A stretch of 64,000 nt of DNA. Origin: Octopus vulgaris (Eukaryota). Below are positions 14,167-27,672 of the stretch, piece by piece (within the stretch, counting starts at the first letter, position 1; every line of letters begins with the position of its first letter). The DNA is taken from positions 93,744,001 to 93,808,000 of the forward strand of contig OX597817.1 of NCBI GenBank assembly GCA_951406725.2, written 5' to 3'. Both the position numbers and the translations under genes were made by a program. The notes under the pieces were generated by a model. That model was given only the letters and a program-made list of their open reading frames with translations. It ran no database searches and was not told the DNA's origin.

Positions 14167-14904
14167 ATGATGATAAGTGCCCGTATTTCGCACGAAATTA
14201 TAAAACCGTTTTGCGGCGACACGGATGTAGTCGCTTGGCTGAAGAAAGTGAAGTTGGTGGAGAAGCTCCATGGTATAGGTGACCTGGCGAGCTTCATGCC
14301 GCTGTACTTGGATGGTCCGGCGTTGGCGTTGTATTTAGAGATGGAAGAGACAGACCAACTTAGCGCGGAGAAAGTGGAAGTCCGGTTGATGGAGGCCTTT
14401 GCGGAGGGAATGTTCGAGGCATACGCTCGCCTGGGTAGAACAAGATGGACTGGGCAACAGGTGGACGTGTTTGCCAATGAACTTAGGAGATTGGCTAAAC
14501 TGGCGGGTTACGAGGGAGAATCGCTGGACCGGACGGTTAGGTTGGCGTTCGTGACTGGCTTTCCCGACAACATGTCGGTCGAGCTACAGCAGCTTCCGAA
14601 TGTGCATTCGATGCCGATGGCGGACATCATATCTCGGGCACGCGTACTAGTTTCGTGCAGCACGATGACGTCGGTAGCAGCGACTGCAACATCGAAAATT
14701 GGCCCAGCTAGGAGCAGCGGAGAGGGGCTAAACAAAGAACATGTGCGACCGTTCAAAGGACAGTGTTTCCGGTGCCAAGGTGTCGCCCAAGCCTGAGGTG
14801 ATTTGCTACCGGTGTCGAGAGCCGGGCATATAGCCAGCGAGTGTCTGCGAGGAAACAGACTGCGGGAGACTACTGCGCCGGTAGTTGTCCCTTCGGATCA
14901 GTAG
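14167..14904 (+). pseudogene. gag: gag of element A with zinc-knuckle remnants
   Basis: IKPFCGDTDVVAWLKKVKLV...; CFRCQG then, after a lesion, CYRCREPGHIASEC; stop TAG at 14902-14904. Confidence 0.8.
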
Positions 14905-16068
14905 AGGCGCGCTTATCGTCGCTACCTGTGGTCGACATTCTGGTGGAGGGGAAGATGTCGCGAGCCCTTGTGGGCACGGGCTGTACAACAACCCTGATGA
15001 CTACAGAAGTGGCAGAGACGTGGAGTGGAGGAAGCAGTGTTAGAGCTGTCGACGGAAGAGAAGTACACTGCGAAGGGGTTACAGATGCGCGGATTGTGGT
15101 GCAGGGACTACAGCTGACGCTGCAAGCGATTGTGGTTGGTCACTTGGTGGACGAGATCGACGTGGTGATGGGGATGGATGCAATCACCCGCTTGGGAGGT
15201 GTCACCGTTAACGAGGCTGGTGTAACATTTGGGTTAGCGGGGAAACCGTGTAGGGCGAGACCATGCACCGGCGACAACCGTGAGGAAAAGCATGCTGCGC
15301 ACACCATTGAAGACCAGGATTTTCGGGCTGTCTTTGATGGCAAGAGGTGGACAGTGGAGTGGCACTGGAAGTGAGAGCCCCCGATGTTAAAGAATAAAGT
15401 GGGCTGCTATCAGCATGCTCTAAAAGGAGATGCCAGAAGTGAGTTACAATGGCACTGCATTTCGCTCGGATGTGCTGAAAGAAATGCTTGATGGGTGGAA
15501 GGTCAACCGCTTCTTCAGGACGGCATACCGGCCAAGTGGAAATGGGGTGGTGGAAAGGCATCATCGTACCATCAAGGCCATGGCAGAGAGGGGTCACATT
15601 TCACCAATCGAGGCTGTATTTTGGTACGATATGTCGCCCAGATCAGGACAGGCTGAGGAGTCGGTGCCACACAGGGCAATATTCAGGTACGAGTGGAAGC
15701 ATCCGTGTACTGCATCAATGCGACCCGGGGCAGAGGAAGAGCACGCCTTCGTACAGGTCGAGGAAGAAGTTTGGGTAAAACCCCCAAATGTACGGTGTAC
15801 ATCACAATGGGGAAAGGGGACAATAACCTCTGTAAATTCAAAGAATAATATCTCGGTCGATGGTATGCCACGCCACATTTTGGATATACGGAGGATTGTC
15901 CATGCCTCAGAGGATGGGACCAGCAGCAGTGTGCAAGATGAAAACAACACCAGTAGACAGGATGATGAGGCCAGCAGCAACATACCAGGAACCAGTCCTA
16001 GGGTCGCACTGCGACCACAGAGGGAACGGCACCCTCCTCCCTGGTTGGCTGATTATGAAACCAGTTAA
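14850..16068 (+). pseudogene. pol: pol remnant of element A: aspartic protease joined by deletion to the integrase C-terminal half
   Basis: ALV(G)TGCTTT (DTG mutated), VVMGMD; then NGTAF...AYRPSGNGVVERHHRTIK. Confidence 0.8.
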
Positions 16069-16182
16069 GGTGCGAGTTCGGGAGCGGGGAGCGAGTGAGA
16101 AAGCCGGTTCAGTGATCTGTAGATCAGGGGGGCGTTTGGTGTCAGTGGAGAGGACGACAGATAGGGGAGGGCGGAAGTAGGG

Positions 16183-16850
16183 CTACGAGAGAATTAAAAT
16201 AAAATAACCTCGCAGAGGGGTAAAACGGGCAAGAAAAAATGGAACACAAAAAGGGACGTAAATTCTTTCGTACGTTGCCTTCGGGCCCTAAGGTCATATT
16301 TCCCAGCACAAAGGCCTTCGTTCGTCTTTTTCGTTTGTTCTCTTGTTTATTTTGATTTCTCGTATTGTAATTTATTTCTCGTTTTGTATTTTCTTGTACA
16401 TGTATCTTTTATTTTTGTATTTTTTTCTTGTATCTTTTTTCGTGCAGTTCTTTGTTACGTCCCTTTTTGTGTTACATTTTTTTCTTGCTCGTTTTACCCC
16501 TCTGCGAGGTTATTTTATTTTAATTCTCTCGTAGGAAGGCCTAGCATGACAGACGTGTCCTGTCTTGCCTTCGAAACACGCTATGTGTGCTAGTGACAGC
16601 TGATGAAGGGGATTTTTCCTTGTGTAGCATGTCCTGTACCTCGTTTTTCTGCTGTACATAATGTTTTTCCCGTTTTCGTTTTCGTCCTGTTCCACGTCTC
16701 TGTCCTTCTGTTGTAACAAAATGACTTTTCCGTTTTCGTTTCTGTTGATTTTTACGTCTTTTTGTGGTGTCCTGTACGTATATATATTTATATATGCATG
16801 TATATATACATGTAGATGTCGGTACGTACATATATGTTTGTATGTATGCA
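16183..16850 (+). mobile_element. Penelope-type non-coding insert with inverted end (arms 16183-16261 and 16455-16534) and a permuted hammerhead motif
   Basis: An ~80-bp inverted repeat truncates the 3' LTR of element A. The downstream part is homologous to 32200-32534 (minus strand) and ends in (TA)n. Confidence 0.6.
16554..16611 (+). ncRNA. Non-circularly permuted hammerhead ribozyme candidate
   Basis: CGTG-TC/CTGTC ... CCTTC-GAAA-CACG ... GACAG-CTGATGA-AGGGG. Stem I covaries in the copy at 32477-32534. Confidence 0.6.
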
Positions 16851-16866
16851 TATATTTTATTTATTA

Positions 16867-16911
<45 letters not shown>

Positions 16912-17471
16912 CATACATACACATACAAAACCACACGATAGACTTTCCCTTAGTTTTTGTCTATACATTCAATGTGGATCGGACGGCTCGGGAGACATTT
17001 TCACAAGTGGGACTGAACACGAAATCACGTACTTTCGAGGAGAACGTCTTAACGCCGAAGACATGCCTGCTGCGCCTCTCCACGATTATTATGTGTGCAT
17101 ATATCATACGCACATATATAATATATATATACATACACACAAATTCGTGGAATTCCATATTATATATTCACACTGGTATACACCAACATACACACAAACA
17201 CAAATATAATTCGTAGTTTTCCCCTTCTCTATTTTGCACCTATACCATTCACCATTTATTGTCTGCGAAAGAAGAAAATAATGAAGTAAAATATGGAGAG
17301 AGAAGAAATTGGAATTATCTAATGTTCAACTCAGACATTTAGTGTCTTCATGAAATCAAAAATGGAATGAAATAAACGGAAGAAATTTATCTTGTTTTTG
17401 GTTGTTTTCGAAAGTCGAAATATTAATACTTACTAACACACACGCGCCCTCCCCACAATATATATATTTAT

Positions 17472-17512
<41 letters not shown>

Positions 17513-17639
17513 GTATATATAAAAGGTAGGAATACAGAAATATAAAACTTCCGTAATGAAGCACTTCTAAAAGTAATATAAATCTTATACACACACATGT
17601 ACATATGTACACTTACAATATATGCATATATATATATAC

Positions 17640-17671
<32 letters not shown>

Positions 17672-17906
17672 GTATGTATGTATTTATATATAGATATATA
17701 GATATATAGATATATATATATGCATAATTATATTAAAAAATATGTATATACGCATACATGCATGTGTGCGTCTGTGTATGTGCGTGTCTTTGTGGCGTGT
17801 AATATGTGTGGTGGTGGTGTGTGTGTGTGTTTATGTTTTTACATGCATATATTTGAATAAATAACATACATAACTATGTATATAGATATGGGGTTATATG
17901 TGTACG

Positions 17907-17951
<45 letters not shown>

Positions 17952-17983
17952 GTATGTATATCTATATCTATATCTATCTATCT

Positions 17984-18120
<137 letters not shown>

Positions 18121-18500
18121 TCATGTACATATATACTTACCTACATATATACTTACTTGCATATACATATAGACATAGAGGCGCACATACAATTCACGTA
18201 CACAATAAAGATGAATGTGGAAACAAGAAGTGTTATTTACCAAATCTCACTACTATCGCGGCAAAAATGGAAATGAAAAAACCAAATCGAACTTAAGTAT
18301 GAATCTTCAAACTATGTGTTCCTGTTGCTTTGATAGTTTTTTCTTCAAATAAAATATTGATTCTTTAAAGATTATACAATGTTTACTAAATTGTCAGGAT
18401 TGAAACCTCAATTTGACTTCAATTTGAGCAGCCTAAATTTGCTCGTTTAATTGTAGATAAAAAAAGAAATTAGAATATAGTCAAAAACGCGAAATAGGAG

Positions 18501-18531
<31 letters not shown>

Positions 18532-19044
18532 TGTATGTATGTATGTATGTATGTATGTATGTGTATGTATGTGTGTGTGTGTGCGTGCGTATATCTATCT
18601 ATATATCTATCTGTTTACACACACAGTCTCTCTCTCTCACACACACACACACACGCACACACAAACACACAATAATTCTGGGGGAGAATTACTTTGCAAA
18701 GTTACATATAGAGTTATAAAAGCAAGTAAATATTTGATTGTAAAAACACTTTGGATACAAAAAGTCGAAGGTTAATACGCACGCATGAGCGTGTGCGAAT
18801 GCACACACACACACACAAACACACACACACCCATTAATCTTGTATCTTTTACTTGTTTCAGTCATTGGAGTGCGGTCACGGTGTGCGCCACCTTGAATAG
18901 TTTAATCGTACAAATTATTTGCTGTCTGTTGCTTATCTTTTCCAAATCGCTAAGTTGTAGGGACGTAAACAAACCAACACTGGTAAGGTTATCAGGCGGT
19001 GGGGTGGACGAATGCAAACACAAAGGCCCGCCCCGCAAACTCAC

Positions 19045-19090
<46 letters not shown>

Positions 19091-19593
19091 ACGCGCGCGC
19101 GCAAGCGCGGTGGAACGTCAGTTTATGAACAGTTTTTCGAACGTAAAAGGTCTCATGTTACGAATGGTATCTCAAGTAAGGAACACGCAAGCCAGCAACA
19201 ACGGTTGGTGACAAGCTGGAAAAACCTGCGGGAGAGTGTCTAGCCTTCGTTCAGAGTGTATCCATAATCGAATTGACAGGGCTTTCTCTTGAATTTACAG
19301 TGGGGAAAAATATTTCCACTTTACAAATATTTCGGGTGACGAACAGTCTTCAGGAACTAATTAAATTCATAAACCAAAGTTCCACTGAGTGTGTATGTGT
19401 GTGTGCGTGCGTGCGTGTATATGACTGGCTTCCACACACTTTCCAAATTCACTCTCAACTCATTGGTCATTCCAAGGCTACAGCGGGACAGCATCCTGAC
19501 GGCAGAACTACATCTGAAATAATCTGGTTGCAAAGCGAACCATGCCTTTTACATACATATAACACACACATACACACACACACAAACTTTGTG

Positions 19594-19659
<66 letters not shown>

Positions 19660-20754
19660 TACATATATATATACACGCCATGCCGCCAGTGGTTATTTTT
19701 CGTACTAACTTTACTATGGAGTACACGGCTTAGCTTTTGAACAATCACTGCTTTCGTAAATTGATAAAATATTCTATATACGTGAGACAGCTGCAAATGT
19801 CTAATTATAAAACTTCTCCGTTGACAGAAAAGAAGGGCTCGATTGGACGAACACTGTTTCTGGTTGATTATACCTGCATCAGCAATCGGTTATGCTACAT
19901 TTCACTGCTACTGCAAAATTGCTATTCGAAGATACTGTTGTTCCGCCTTTAAAGTAATCAGGTAGAATGATTTGAATATCTGACACATTTCGAAGCCAGT
20001 CCATCTGGTTCAGTTATAGGTGTAACAACAGTAGTTTAAAATACAACTCCGCAATAGGTGTTAAATGTAATGTTTTCGTTAGTTGATGAAAATGTAATAA
20101 ATCAGAAATGGTGTCATCCAGTGAATCTCTCATTTACTCTCCACAGTGAGGTTGTATGATTTAATATAATTTAAAATAATAAACATTTCAGGTGTTTACC
20201 ATTGTTTTATGTATCTCGTAAATTTATTAGATTTACTTATTTTAGGAAAGCAGGGATAACTCGAAGCAAATATGCTCCCATAGTAAAGCTATACATACAT
20301 ACATACATATATATTTACACACACACACACACACACACGTATATATATTCTTTTATTCTTTTACATACATACATACATACATACATGCATACATACATAT
20401 ATATTTACACACACACATACACACACACACTCACACACACACTCGCACGCACACACATACACACGCACGCACACACTTGCATAGACACAAACTCAAATGC
20501 AGATGCCCACTTATATACATATTTAGTTAGATATGCAGAAATATTACAGAAACAATTAAAAATGTCTGTGTGTGTCATACAGTCGCACACACACACACAC
20601 ACGCTCACACACACACACGCGCGCGCATACACACAAAAATATAAATAATAATAAACAATAAAGACACCTTCAAACAACATCCCTAAACAACAGCGTAGAT
20701 AGAGATACGAATGGTTATTCATACACACGCACGTCTGCACATATTCACATATTC

Positions 20755-21257
20755 AATATTGGCTTCAAATTTTGGCATAAGGCCAGCATGTTCGGGAGAA
20801 AAGATAAGTCAGTTATATCGATCCAGTGGTCAACTGGTACTTATTTTATCGTCCCCGCAAGGCAAAATCGACCTCGGCAGAATTTGAACCCAGAACGTAC
20901 AGATGGACGAAATATCGCTTAGCATTTCACCGGCGTGCTACTGATTCTGTCACATTTCTAGATAAGAAATATTGACTGATATGACCACGTGACCACTTGC
21001 TACGTGATCACTTGATCACGTGACAGACCAGTTTATCAGATGTTACACATCGCTGATCACAATGCATTGTTTTAGCATTTAAATCACGCCACACTAGGCA
21101 AGCAGGCTGACATTCCTCCCTGGTTGAAAGGGCGACTGGAGCAACGTGAAATGAAGTGTTTTGCTCAAGAATACAACACGTCGCCTAGCCAGAAAATCGA
21201 ACCCACGATCTAGCGATCGTGAGTGCTACAGCCTAATCACTAGGCCACGCACCTTCA
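20755..21257 (-). mobile_element. Two adjacent tRNA-derived SINE copies (20755-20952 and ~20980-21257)
   Basis: The first matches 12600-12822. The second has a tRNA-like head (gtggcctagtgattagg...gggttcgatt) followed by ttcttgagcaaaacacttcatttcac on the minus strand. Confidence 0.75.
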
Positions 21258-21649
21258 ATTACTGACATATATATATATCTATGTAAATACATACGAACAT
21301 ACACACATTCATACAGACACATACATACACTCACATGCACATACATATATACATGCACATACGTCGTACACATACACACACATATATATATATAAACATA
21401 TGTGTATATGCATATTTGTGTATATATATATATGTGTGTGTGTTAGTGTGTGTGTATAGTTGGAATTTACAAATAAAAAACAAAAAACAAAAGACGAAGA
21501 CGGGTGTGTAAACAACAAGCAGATGTATTAGTTTAACGCTTGGGAAGTGAAAGTTTTTACGTTTCGAGCCTACGCGCTTCGACAGGAAGGAACACAGAAA
21601 TAAACAGGGAGGGAAAACAGAAAAAGGTTTAGTGGCTAGCGATCAATTA

Positions 21650-21709
<60 letters not shown>

Positions 21710-22102
21710 CGTTTTTGGATTTGATTTGCAAGATTCTTTATATGAGTTCGTGTGTTGAAGCATATTCTGTTGTATCTGGGGAGAGTCATTCTCGTTTACT
21801 GCCTTATTATTTAACACACTCACATTTTGTAACTTAATATAATGAACTCTTGACTTTGTATATGTACATTTTCATGTGGATATATGTATGTTTGTATATT
21901 CTAATATATTGACTTGACTAACTGTAACCTTATATATATATATGTATGTATATTATTATATATTATTATGTATATACTTATATATTTATATGTGCATGTG
22001 TATATACACTTATATGAATGTGTATATTATATATTATGTATATGTACTCATTCTTGTATAGGTGTACCTTCTCTTATATTCATATTTGGATTGTACTTTA
22101 TA

Positions 22103-22229
22103 ATCTCTGAAGAAGCCTTGGGATATATTTGTAAGTGTCTCATTTATAACCACATATTAGCTTATCATGCCTGGCTAATATGAGCATAATGAGATACTCA
22201 TATCTACATGGCTGAAACAGCTGTAAGAT
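22103..22229 (+). ncRNA. Type I hammerhead ribozyme with ~100-nt stem II and palindromic stem III
   Basis: ATCT-CTGAAGA(22107-13)-AGCC...GGCT-GAAA(22214-17)-CAGCTG-TA/AGAT; predicted cut after 22225. Confidence 0.75.
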
Positions 22230-22426
22230 ATAGTTTATATTTATATTTATATTTATTTATACATATTGTACTTATTGTACCATATTACTCATTGATGTGC
22301 ACTGTTTTGTTCTGTACTATTATGTTTGACCTTGATGTTCATATGTAGTTGGTTAATAAATTATGTGAATGGGTATTATCTGGTAGTTGATTATTAATTA
22401 AGGTGTATTCCTCAATTTTTTTATTT

Positions 22427-22552
<126 letters not shown>

Positions 22553-22671
22553 ATATTTCGGAATGGTCATTTTGCCAGTTTAGCCATATCCACCCACAAG
22601 GCTTTGGTTGACCCGAGGCTATAGTAGAAGACATTTGCCCAAGGTGCCATGCAGTGGGACTGAACTCAGAA

Positions 22672-22773
<102 letters not shown>

Positions 22774-22820
22774 GCATATATATATATACATATCTATATA
22801 TCTATATATCTATCTATCTA

Positions 22821-22897
<77 letters not shown>

Positions 22898-23370
22898 CTA
22901 AATATATACGCGACGGGCTTCTTTCAGTTACCATCTACCATATCCACCCACAAGGCTATAGTAGAAGACATTTGCCCAAGGTGCCATGCAGTGGGACTGA
23001 ACTCAGAACCATGTAGTTGGTAAGCAAGCTACTTACCTCGCAACCACACAGTCACTTCTGTGCCTATATAGTGTGCGATAGAATTTGTGTATGCAGAAGA
23101 GAGGAAAATAAAATGTAAGAGTATAAAACAGTGAAGGAGAGCTTAGAAGTTTTACGTTGTCCCCTCAAGTGAGACAAATCTATACTAGTAGTTGTGAATT
23201 ATAATAGTGAGACTATGAGGAGAAACATATGGGAAAAGAGTTTTTGGAGGGGTACTTGAGATGGCAAAAACAGGAATTTTGAAGTTATCAAAGCCAACTA
23301 CTTTTGAATGATTTACCCTCAGATTTTATAATAGTGTGAGTGTATGTATACGTGTATGTATGTGTGTATG

Positions 23371-23416
<46 letters not shown>

Positions 23417-23680
23417 GTTTTGGGGATTAGTAGATATGCGGGTATTCTATTTTAGATAATACAAAAAATTGCCTAATGAGTATATTTGAAGGTTAACTCA
23501 CGGTATCTATTTGCACATCATGAAATAATGCTTTAAAGGATATAACCAGTAGACCAGCAGGGTATAAAATATACTCCCTAAATTATCTCCTACTTAAGTT
23601 AAAATTACCATTATGAAGAAACAACACGTGTTTCAGTATTGGAAGATTGTAATATCTGTACACACACACGCACACACACA

Positions 23681-23742
<62 letters not shown>

Positions 23743-23998
23743 TATGCCCTCATCAGATTTTCAATTATTCCAACACATCTCCAGGTTCTTTTTCAAAATA
23801 TTGTTTATCTAATTTTACATCACCTTAAAATTAAGCGTTAAATTAAACCTTAAAATAAAAAATTATACTTTATAAAATTTCGAAATATATAATAATTATC
23901 GACCGCACATTGAGTTTGAAAAGTTGATAATGCCGTTGCTCTTAATTCGTAATTGAATATATATGTATGTATGCATATATATATGTATATATATATAC

Positions 23999-24042
<44 letters not shown>

Positions 24043-24099
24043 GGTATGATGTTACGAATACCGTAAAGTAATGTATATATATACATCTATCTATCTATG

Positions 24100-24420
24100 T
24101 GATACACGATCCCTATTGATCGTTTTTTTCCTCTTCCCCTTTCTTTCCCCTTTTTTCTTCTTTTTTCATTTCTCTTTTCTTTTGTTCCTTTTCCTTTTCT
24201 TTTTTTAATTTTTATTTTTTTATATTTTATTTTATTTATTTATTTATTTTTGTTCTTTTCTTCCCTTTTACGATCCCTCTTGATCGAAAACCTACGCCAC
24301 CCCTTTTTTTTTTGTTTTTTTTTGTTTCTTTTGTTTTTTGTTTTTTTCATCCCCCAAAAGAAAAGCTCTACCTTGTAACTTGTCCCATCTGTGTGCAGCC
24401 CTGTGTGGCCTAATAAAATT
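24100..24420 (+). mobile_element. 3' UTR fragment of a Tx1/L1-like LINE embedded in (TCTA)n
   Basis: ccttgtaacttgtccc...gcagccctgtgtggcctaataaa resembles the 3' end of the array element (ctttgtaac...ttgtccc...tcagcccttgtggccaataaa); T-rich UTR. Confidence 0.55.
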
Positions 24421-24423
24421 ATA

Positions 24424-24490
<67 letters not shown>

Positions 24491-24602
24491 AGACTTTTAT
24501 ATTTGTTCAGGTTTGTAGGTGTCCTCCGAGTTATCGTAAAGCGAAAAATGTATAAAACCGTATATATATACATATATATCTATATATCTATCTATATCTA
24601 TA

Positions 24603-24739
<137 letters not shown>

Positions 24740-25653
24740 TTCGGCAAATATGTGGGTTGCAAATCTTGACTTTCAAATAAAATATAATTATATAAGAAAT
24801 TATACATTACTTTATAGTATTCGTAACATCATACCTACTATTGTCTGTTTTATGGTACAGAAACACTGCTGGTATTGACGGACGAGGAATTCTGTCAGAA
24901 AAAATTTTAAGGAACTCTAAGATATGTGTATCAAAGTCAACACCGAATTGTTCTTCACAACAGGCTGAGGATCTACAAGGAGATTCTTTTGGCACTTATC
25001 GACGACTGGAATGTTAATCAAAAAAATTGTAGAATAGAGAAACATCTCTTCTGCAATTTTCCAGTTACTGAACTATTGTTCATTGGTAAATCTTACTGTA
25101 GAATACAAAATCTTGTTCGCCGTCCACGATTGACAAATGTCTCATTAACTAGCTAGAAAATCGATATTCGTTCAATAGTCAATCGGTAAGATGATTTGTT
25201 TTTACTGGCTCTGCTTACGTATTCTTCATTTCATGTAATACATGAGATAAAAAAAGGAAAATTCTCCTTAAATTAATGAATAACTGCCTGCAATTTGCTA
25301 ACTCATGCAAATTAATAAGAGACATAAACTCATTTTCTTAATGTTTCCATGAAAACAATTTTATTTCACAACAATAACAAGAGCAACAGCAACAACAAAA
25401 GCAGCAACATTAACAACAACAACAAGGACAGGAGCAACAGCAACAATAACAGCATCAACAAAATCAACCACAACAACAACAACAGCAATAACGTAACATT
25501 CTGTACAAAAATATTGACTGAAGCAGTGACTCAAGCCAAATAGTTGTGTTCAATGAATATAACGTGCAAAACTCTGTGCAGCCTGTGAGTAAAATTGTTT
25601 AAAGTATTTGAAAACCTACTGTATAGAATGGCCAATGCAAATAACAAAAATGC

Positions 25654-25714
<61 letters not shown>

Positions 25715-25825
25715 TATGTATATATGCGTATGTATATATGCGTATGTATATATGCGTATGTATATATAAATGCGTATGTTTATATGTAGAAACATATACG
25801 AATATATATATATATATATAATTAT

Positions 25826-26320
25826 TAGTTGGCCCGTTGTTGTTGACGATGAACAAAGGCAAGGCATCACGTGGAAAAAGCTGGGGCACGGTGTGTCTGA
25901 CTGTGACCAAGCAGTCCGATGCCTGCTTGGAAGGCGTTTCCATAGGTCAGGCATTAATGGTCTGTTGGGACTGAAGGCAAGGAGATTTGGATTTGCGTAG
26001 TTCGCGTTTTCTTTATGTCCCTGCAATCCTGTTCTTTTCGAAGGAGGTTGTACCTCTGTAGGTGCAACTTCACCAGGCAGGACCGTCTTGTGCTTGCGTT
26101 CCCCAGGTATCGGAGTTAATTTAAAATCTCTTCAGTGAGGCTTCGAGCGTGTCCTTCGATCGCTTTTTTGTCCGTCTTGCGCGTTTGCCTTCCGCCAGTT
26201 CGCTGTAAAACTGTCACTTGGGGAGTCGCGTATCAGGCATTCTAAGAAGGAGGCCTGCCCACCTGATTTGCGTGCAAATGTTGCTTTTGTGCATTACACG
26301 CTTCTGAAGCTTTTCCAGTC
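25826..26320 (-). mobile_element. RTE-clade LINE 3' fragment (degenerate)
   Basis: Minus strand gives QIRWAGLLLRMPDTRLPK, a KRSKDTL-like motif and a [10 protein letters not shown] zinc-finger remnant. Confidence 0.7.
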
Positions 26321-26594
26321 TCTCAAATAATAGCCGATTATTTTAATCCCTTGCAGAAAGAATCTGCACCAACTGTGCGGAGTCTACTCGTTGGCCATTC
26401 CCCTCCAAATCTATTCCCTTCCATATAACAGATTCCCAAACCCATATTTTCACGTACAGTGTGTGGAAATATCACCAGTAGTTTTAAACTAACAAGGCTA
26501 TCGGGTTTGACAATGCCGTTTGTATTACACTCAAAGATTGTGCCCTCAACCTTGTCTATGATTACCAAATTCTTTAAATTTTAGTGGTGACATA

Positions 26595-26920
26595 CCCCGA
26601 TATTTAGGAACACATACAAAGAAAGGCGATTCATCTCACCTAGCCAACTGCAGTATTATTGGTCTCACCTCTAACAACTCTAAGGTAATAAAGACAGCTG
26701 TTAACAATGACCATCTGTAGTGCTTTGAGTTTCTATCTCTGTCTCTTTATTCTCAGTGACCACAAATCCACATCTACTGGCGACCTGCTGTCTTAAGTCA
26801 CTCAGCAGTGGACTCTTAGTTTAGAAAAGTTTGGTGAAAAAAAAATGTTATAAGCCAAGCCCTTTGACTGTGTCTGAACACTACTCATTTCTCTAAACCC
26901 AGCAAGTACACATACCACAA
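26595..26920 (+). mobile_element. Highly decayed LINE reverse-transcriptase fragment (CR1/L2/jockey type)
   Basis: Remnants of KKGDSSHLAN, LSDH, STGDLL and ISQAFDCV-like motifs across frames. Confidence 0.5.
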
Positions 26921-27194
26921 ACACACACATCTATATACACATACACACAACAGTGCAACTTAGAACAGAACAGAGAGGCTACTTTATCCTCTGCCTTTAC
27001 AAATCACTCACCTCTAATACATTTTGATACTCACACACACTCTCACCCCCCACTCTTTCTTTCTCTTTATAAGCTAAAGGCTGGTAGTGTCCATGATCTT
27101 TACAAAGCCAAGAATGGTGAGGATGGTGTTGCTAATATTTTGCTGAGACTAATGTTCAATATAAATATCTGAGTATCAGCTGTTACAGAAAATG

Positions 27195-27367
27195 TTGGGG
27201 TGCGTTGACGGAAACTGAAAGAAGTCTGTCGTCTAACTTTCTATCTATCTCTCTATGTATGTATGTATGTATGTATGTATGTATGTATGTATGTATGTAT
27301 GTATGTATGTATGTATGTATGTATGTATGTATGTATGTATGTATGTATGTATGTATGTATGTATGTA

Positions 27368-27398
<31 letters not shown>

Positions 27399-27672
27399 AT
27401 GTATGTATCTGCCTGTGTGTATTTTTGTCTGTGTACGTATGTCGATGTACGTGTGTATGAGTCTTTATGCTTGTGTCTGTGCTCCCCCTCAACAACTTGA
27501 TGACTCATGTTAGCTTCGTTTGCGTCCCCGTAACCTAGCGTTTCAGCAAAAAGAAACCGATAGAATAAGTAAGTAACAGGCTTTAAAAAGAGTACTGGGG
27601 TTGAGTTGCTCAACTAAACCTTTCAAGGCAGTACCCCAGCATTGGCCGCAGTCCAATGCCTGAAACATTTGT
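27195..27672 (+). mobile_element. SINE copy with internally expanded (ATGT)n
   Basis: gacggaaactgaaagaag...gatagaataagta...aggcagtaccccagcattggccgcagtc matches 31740-31990. Confidence 0.75.

Larger units (their letters stand above)
13839..16184 (+). mobile_element. LTR retrotransposon A, internally deleted (gag, protease and integrase C-half; RT/RNase H missing)
   Basis: 5' LTR 13839-14112 (..TGGTGTC...CACCACA); PPT agatcaggggggcg 16121-16134; 3' LTR start 16135-16184 matches the 5' LTR and is then truncated. Proteins are homologous to element B. Deletion junction near 15445. Confidence 0.9.

Noticed and set aside
19850-19960. Possible host exon on the minus strand (AG...GT bounded)
   Set aside because: Stop codons in all three frames and no other support.
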